A stretch of DNA of 41,023 bases from positions 12,358,842 through 12,399,864 of the forward strand of contig NC_057753.1 in NCBI RefSeq assembly GCF_004010195.1, given 5' to 3'. The notes beneath the pieces are model-generated. The model saw nothing but the letters and a program-made list of their open reading frames with translations, did no database searches and was not told where the DNA came from. Position numbers and translations under genes: made by a program. This DNA comes from Chiloscyllium plagiosum (taxonomy: Eukaryota). Shown in pieces: positions 36,761 to 41,023 of this stretch. The first letter of the stretch is position 1. Each line of letters begins with the position of its first letter.

Positions 36761-37694
36761 CTTCACTCAGTGTGCACGATTCTCTGTTTCATGTTGATTG
36801 TAGTAATGACGAAGCCTTCGATCACCTTGAAAGAACACAGAAAGGGTAGCTGTTTAGATTGCATTTGTGTTGAGCTTTATGTAGAGAAGAAAGCCAACAA
36901 ATTTTGCACATTACTATTTTGCATACAGCTTTATTAGATGGCAAATAGCAATTGAGCCATAGAAGTGTGAGACAGTGGAAATCTGCGACAACTGATAATC
37001 TAACCATCATTCTTTAAAATTTATCATCATTAGCATTGCTGAATTCTCCAAGGTAATGTCCTTGTTAACAATTGAACGAATCTGAAATTGACTGACCATG
37101 TTTATACTGCAGCTACAAGAGAATGTTAACAAGAACTGAAAACTCAAAACGTTTGACACCATCTAGGACAGAGCGTCTCATTAGACGGGCATAATTTGCA
37201 GAAGGAGTCACTCCTTTCAACATCCATTCAAGACAGAATTTGCTATTGGCTTGAAACACTTTATTATTTAAGGAAATGCCATTTCTTTTCTTGAATGAAT
37301 TCAAGACAGCTGCATCTGTAACAGGTCGGAAGCACAACAAACCCCATCATGGTGCAGACTTTCCAGTTAATGATCACTGCCAGTTTCTATTATCATCAGT
37401 GTTAACTCAAGCTTGTTGAACTGACAATAAAACAGCTTTATAAGTAAGATATTCACTTGCAGTTTTCTGTTTGCACAGAAACCGAACCGTTCTGTGTATG
37501 TGAGCAGATGGTGTCGACATGGAACCCCGAAATCAAGGTGTCATCAGGAAAGCAGTTTGTTTAGCTTTTTGACTTCATTGAATACATCATTGTTTTCCTG
37601 AAAAAATTGCACGATTCCACTTGTACCATAGCATCTGTTTCTTTCTCTCTATTTCTTTCTCTGGTGTGGCATGAGATACACACAAGCTACCATG

Positions 37695-37860
37695 GAATAT
37701 CGCCATTGTTGGCTGGGTTTATATTTGTTGTCCATTCCTCGATGCCCAGAGGCAGTTAAATGTCATTGCTGTGATCTGGAGTAACATGCAGTCTATACCA
37801 GGTAAGGACGGCAGAATTCTTTAACTAAAGGATATTATCAGGTTGAGATTCGATTTGCCA
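37695..37860 (-). mobile_element. DeuSINE-like fragment
   Basis: gcccagaggcagttaa..cattgctgtgatctggagtaacatg..ccaggtaaggacggcag..ctaaaggatatta. Confidence 0.55.
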
Positions 37861-37948
37861 GTGAACTGCCGATTTGATTAAAATGTTTATAACTTCCTGC
37901 AACTTTAGTTTTTTTTCTGCTTCAACTGTTAGGGACCCAGAACTGATC

Positions 37949-38680
37949 CATAAGACCATAGTACATAGGATCAGAAATTAGGCCACTCAACTGATCAAGT
38001 CTGCTCCGCCTTTCAATCATGGCTCATAAATTTGTCAACCCCATTCTTCCACTTTCTCGGTGTAAACCTTGATACCCTTTTAATACTCAAGAATCTCCTT
38101 ATCTTAGTCTTAAACATACTCAGTAACCTTGTCTTCAAAGCCTTCTGCGACAATGAATTCCATAGATTCACCAGTCCCTGGCTGAAGAGCTTTCTCCTTT
38201 TCCCAGTTTTAAAAGGCCTCCTCTTTCATCTAGGGCCACTCCCTTTGGTCCACGCCTCTTCGACCAATGGAAACACTTTCCCAACGTTTATTCTGTTCAG
38301 GCCATTCAGAACTTTGTATGCTTCCATTAGGTCCCCTCCTCATCCTTTTAAACTCAAGGACTAATAAACTCAGTGTCCTCGAACGTTCCTTATACGTTAA
38401 GATTTTCATTCCTGAGACCACTTTCGTGAATCTCCCTCTGAACCCGGTCCATGGTCAATACATCCTTACTAAGATATGGGGCCGAAAACTGCGCAGAGCA
38501 CTCCAAATGTAGTCTTACTGGAGCCTTAGAGAGTGTCAGAAAAACATCCCTGCATTTATATTCAATTCCTCGCAAAATAAATGCCATCATTGCATTTGTC
38601 TTCGTAACTACTGACACAAACTGCAAGTTTATCTTGAGAGAATCCGGGACTGGAACGCTCAAGTCCCTTTATACTCACAT
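37949..38680 (-). mobile_element. CR1 LINE 3' region
   Basis: KTNAMMAFILRGIEYKCRDVFLTLSKAPVRLHLECSAQFSAPYLSKDV; LEFKRMR; cataaga tail. Confidence 0.9.
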
Positions 38681-38695
38681 TGGTATGCGATTAGA

Positions 38696-39248
38696 GGGTT
38701 AGGTACTTTTTGGCACCGCCCTTTTGGCGCCGATCATTTGGCCCCGCCGTTTTGGATCTAACTGTTTTGGCGCTCATTACTTTGGCGCTGAGCTGTTTTG
38801 GCGCCAATTCAGAAGTTTAAAAAAAGTCTTGTTTTGTTAAAGAAGAGAGGATGACTAACGACCCGATGTAATTTTCTCAACTAGCAAGTGCTGATAGTCA
38901 AAGCTATAATGACCCGCTGTAGATTCAAATCTCTTTTTGTAATCATTTTCTCATTTAACCATTGTTAATAGTCACCTACTGCCTTGATGATACTTAAGCC
39001 CTTCTGTCTTCACAGTGGAAAGCTGTAATACAATTTTCTTTCTATTTTCTTGTTGAGCCCATGCCAGAAATTGCTGAAAACATTCTAAGCAAGGAAGACG
39101 AACCAAAATTTTCACACGATGGTTATCTATATGTATTGGCGCCAAAACCGCTCAGTGCCAAAGTAATGAGCGCCAAAACAGTTTAGAGCCAAAACGGCCG
39201 GGCCAAATGATCGGCGCCTAAAGGGCGGTGCCAAACAGTCCCATTCTG
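38696..39248. mobile_element. Non-autonomous Mutator-like (MULE) DNA transposon with ~113-bp internally repetitive TIRs
   Basis: TIRs 38696-38808 and 39135-39248, built of ~15-bp tttggcgc units; 9-bp TSD gcgattaga/gccattaga (8/9); internal MPEIAENILSKEDEPKFSHDGYLYV at 39061. Confidence 0.85.
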
Positions 39249-39257
39249 GCCATTAGA

Positions 39258-39745
39258 TACTTGGCCTTCAGTCACACAAACAACCTGTTTCCATTAAGCC
39301 AATATGAATATAACCGGATAAGCTCGCCCCAATATCATGTGCTTTCCCCGTTTTTGTCAGTCTCCTGTGTGGGAAACTTTCAAAGCCTTTGCTGAAATCC
39401 ATAAAAAATATATCAAGTGCATTAACCACATCTATGTACCCGATCAACTCTTCAAAACATTCAATCTGCTTGATATGACCTGCATCAGTGAAAAGCATGT
39501 TAACTATCCCTGATAAAACCTTGCCTCTCGAAGTGAAAAGTAATTCTGCCCTTCAGAATAGTTTTCAACGTGCCACTCACTGCTCTGCTACTTACTGGAA
39601 CATCCAGACCATATTTCTTGGTAGTTGGAACCACCTTAGATATTCTCCAGCTTCCTAGGACTTGTTCTTCAGCCAGAGTGGAAGTAAAAGTTTGGGTCAA
39701 GTATATTTTCTCCCTCACCTTTCATAGTAGACTAGGATATAATTC
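39258..39745 (-). mobile_element. Old CR1 RT fragment
   Basis: WRISKVVPTTKK..GFIRDS; LDIFFMDFSKGFESFPHRRL. Confidence 0.82.
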
Positions 39746-39746
39746 A

Positions 39747-40020
39747 GGGAGAAAGTGAGGTCTGCAGATGCTGGAGATCAAAGTTGAAACTTTATTGCTG
39801 GAACAGCACAGCAGGTCAGGCAGCATCCAGGGAACAGGAGATTCGACGTTTCGGGCACAGGCCCTTCTTCAGGAATGAGCAGAGAGTGTTCAGCAGGAGA
39901 AGATAAAAGGTAGGGAGGAGGGACTTGGAGGAGGGGCGTTGGAAATGTGATAGGTGGAAAGAGGTCAAGGTGAGGGTGATAGGTCGGAGTAGGATGGAGG
40001 CGGAGAGGTCAAGAAGAAGA
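39747..40020 (-). mobile_element. Young Penelope-like element terminal (pLTR) segment, inverted relative to the adjoining coding part
   Basis: gggagaaagtgaggtctgcagatgctggagatc terminus; contains a hammerhead; aataaa on the minus strand near 39791-39796. Confidence 0.88.
39841..39876 (-). ncRNA. Complete minimal type I hammerhead ribozyme motif
   Basis: Minus strand attc-CTGAAGA-a-gggc[ctgt]gccc-GAAACGTC-gaat: stem I attc/gaat, stem II gggc/gccc, palindromic ACGT in place of stem III. Confidence 0.82.
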
Positions 40021-41023
40021 CCACTGGTCCTCACCTACCACCCCACCATCATCCGCCGTCACTTCCGCCACCTCCAAACAGACCCCAGCACCAAGGATAT
40101 ATTTCCCTCCCCTCCCTATCAGCTTTCCGTAGAGACCACTCCCTCCGCGACTCCCTTGTCAGATCCACACCCCCCACCGACCCAACCTCCACTCCCGGCA
40201 CCTTCCCCTGCAACCGCAGGAGGTGCAACACTTGCGCCCACACCCCCCCCCTCACTTCTCTCCAAGGCCCCAAAGGAAACTCTGCTCCCAGGAGGACCAG
40301 TTCAAAATACGTAAAACACAGATGGCCTCCTTCTTCAAGGACCGCAATTTCCCCCCCGACGTGGGCGGCGGTGCCCTCCCCCGCATCTCCTCCACTTCCC
40401 GCTCCTCCGACCTTGAGCCCCGCCCCGCAATCGCCACCAGGACAGAACCCACTGGTCCTCACCTACCACCCCACCAATCTCCATGTACAGCGCATCATCC
40501 GCCGTCACTTCCGCCACCTCCAAACAGACCCCAGCACCAAGGATATATTTCCCTCCCCTCCCCTATCAGCTGTCCGTAGAGACCACTCCCTCCGCGACTC
40601 CCTTGTCAGATCCACACCCCCCACCGACCCAAACTCCACTCCCGGCACCTTCCCTTGCAACCGCAGGAGGTGCAACACTTGCGCCCACACCTCCCCCCTC
40701 ACTTCTCTCCAAGGCCCCAAAGGAAACTTCCATATCCGCCACAGATTCACCTGCACCTCCACCCACACCATCTACTGCATCCGCTGCAGCCGGTGTGGCC
40801 TCCTCTATATTGGGGAGACAGGCCGCCTACTTGCGGAGCGATTCAGAGAGCACCTCTGGGCCACCCGCACGAACCAACCCAACCACCCTGTAGCACAGCA
40901 TGTCAACTCCCCCTCCCACTCCACCGAGGATATGCAGGTCATTGGACTCATCCACCGCCAAACCACAACAACCCGACGGTCAGAGGAGGAGCGTCTTATC
41001 TTCCGACTGGGAACACTCCAACC
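40021..41023 (+). mobile_element. Young Neptune-type Penelope-like element, linker and GIY-YIG endonuclease, rearranged, runs off the window
   Basis: PLVLTYHP..PCNRRRCNTCAH..FTCTSTHTIYCIRCSRCGLLYIGETGRLLAERFREH..PVAQHVN..EERLIFRLGTLQ; 40021-40280 duplicates 40449-40727. Confidence 0.95.

Noticed and set aside
36920..37260. Possible exons bounded by ag/gt
   Set aside because: Stops in the frames I checked and no recognisable protein
38696..38808. Regularly spaced tttggcgc repeats as a CRISPR array or E2F-site promoter
   Set aside because: Units of ~15 bp are mirrored in an inverted copy with a TSD, so they are transposon TIR subrepeats
39816..40893. Many overlapping ORFs
   Set aside because: Alternative frames and antisense of GC-rich Penelope sequence

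Overview
Eukaryotic, repeat-dense DNA with no intact host gene. The repeat repertoire (CR1/HER1-type LINEs, HE1-type V-SINEs, DeuSINE-like pieces, Neptune- and Poseidon-type Penelope elements) points to a cartilaginous fish (shark); this is inference from recognition, not a database search. Host-derived sequence consists of decayed members of multigene families: two GPR139-like class A GPCR main exons in opposite orientation, an isolated GPR139-like first exon, two C2H2 zinc-finger pseudogenes and a tRNA-Glu pseudogene. Transposon content includes a Gmr1-type Gypsy fragment, solo-LTR-like segments, a piggyBac fossil, a Tigger-type MITE and a Mutator-like element with long TIRs, a 9-bp TSD and a FLYWCH-like remnant. 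Three minimal hammerhead ribozyme motifs lie in Penelope termini; one is in a 94-bp insertion flanked by a perfect 14-bp duplication. Most listed ORFs are spurious or are transposon fragments. Boundaries of decayed repeats are approximate.
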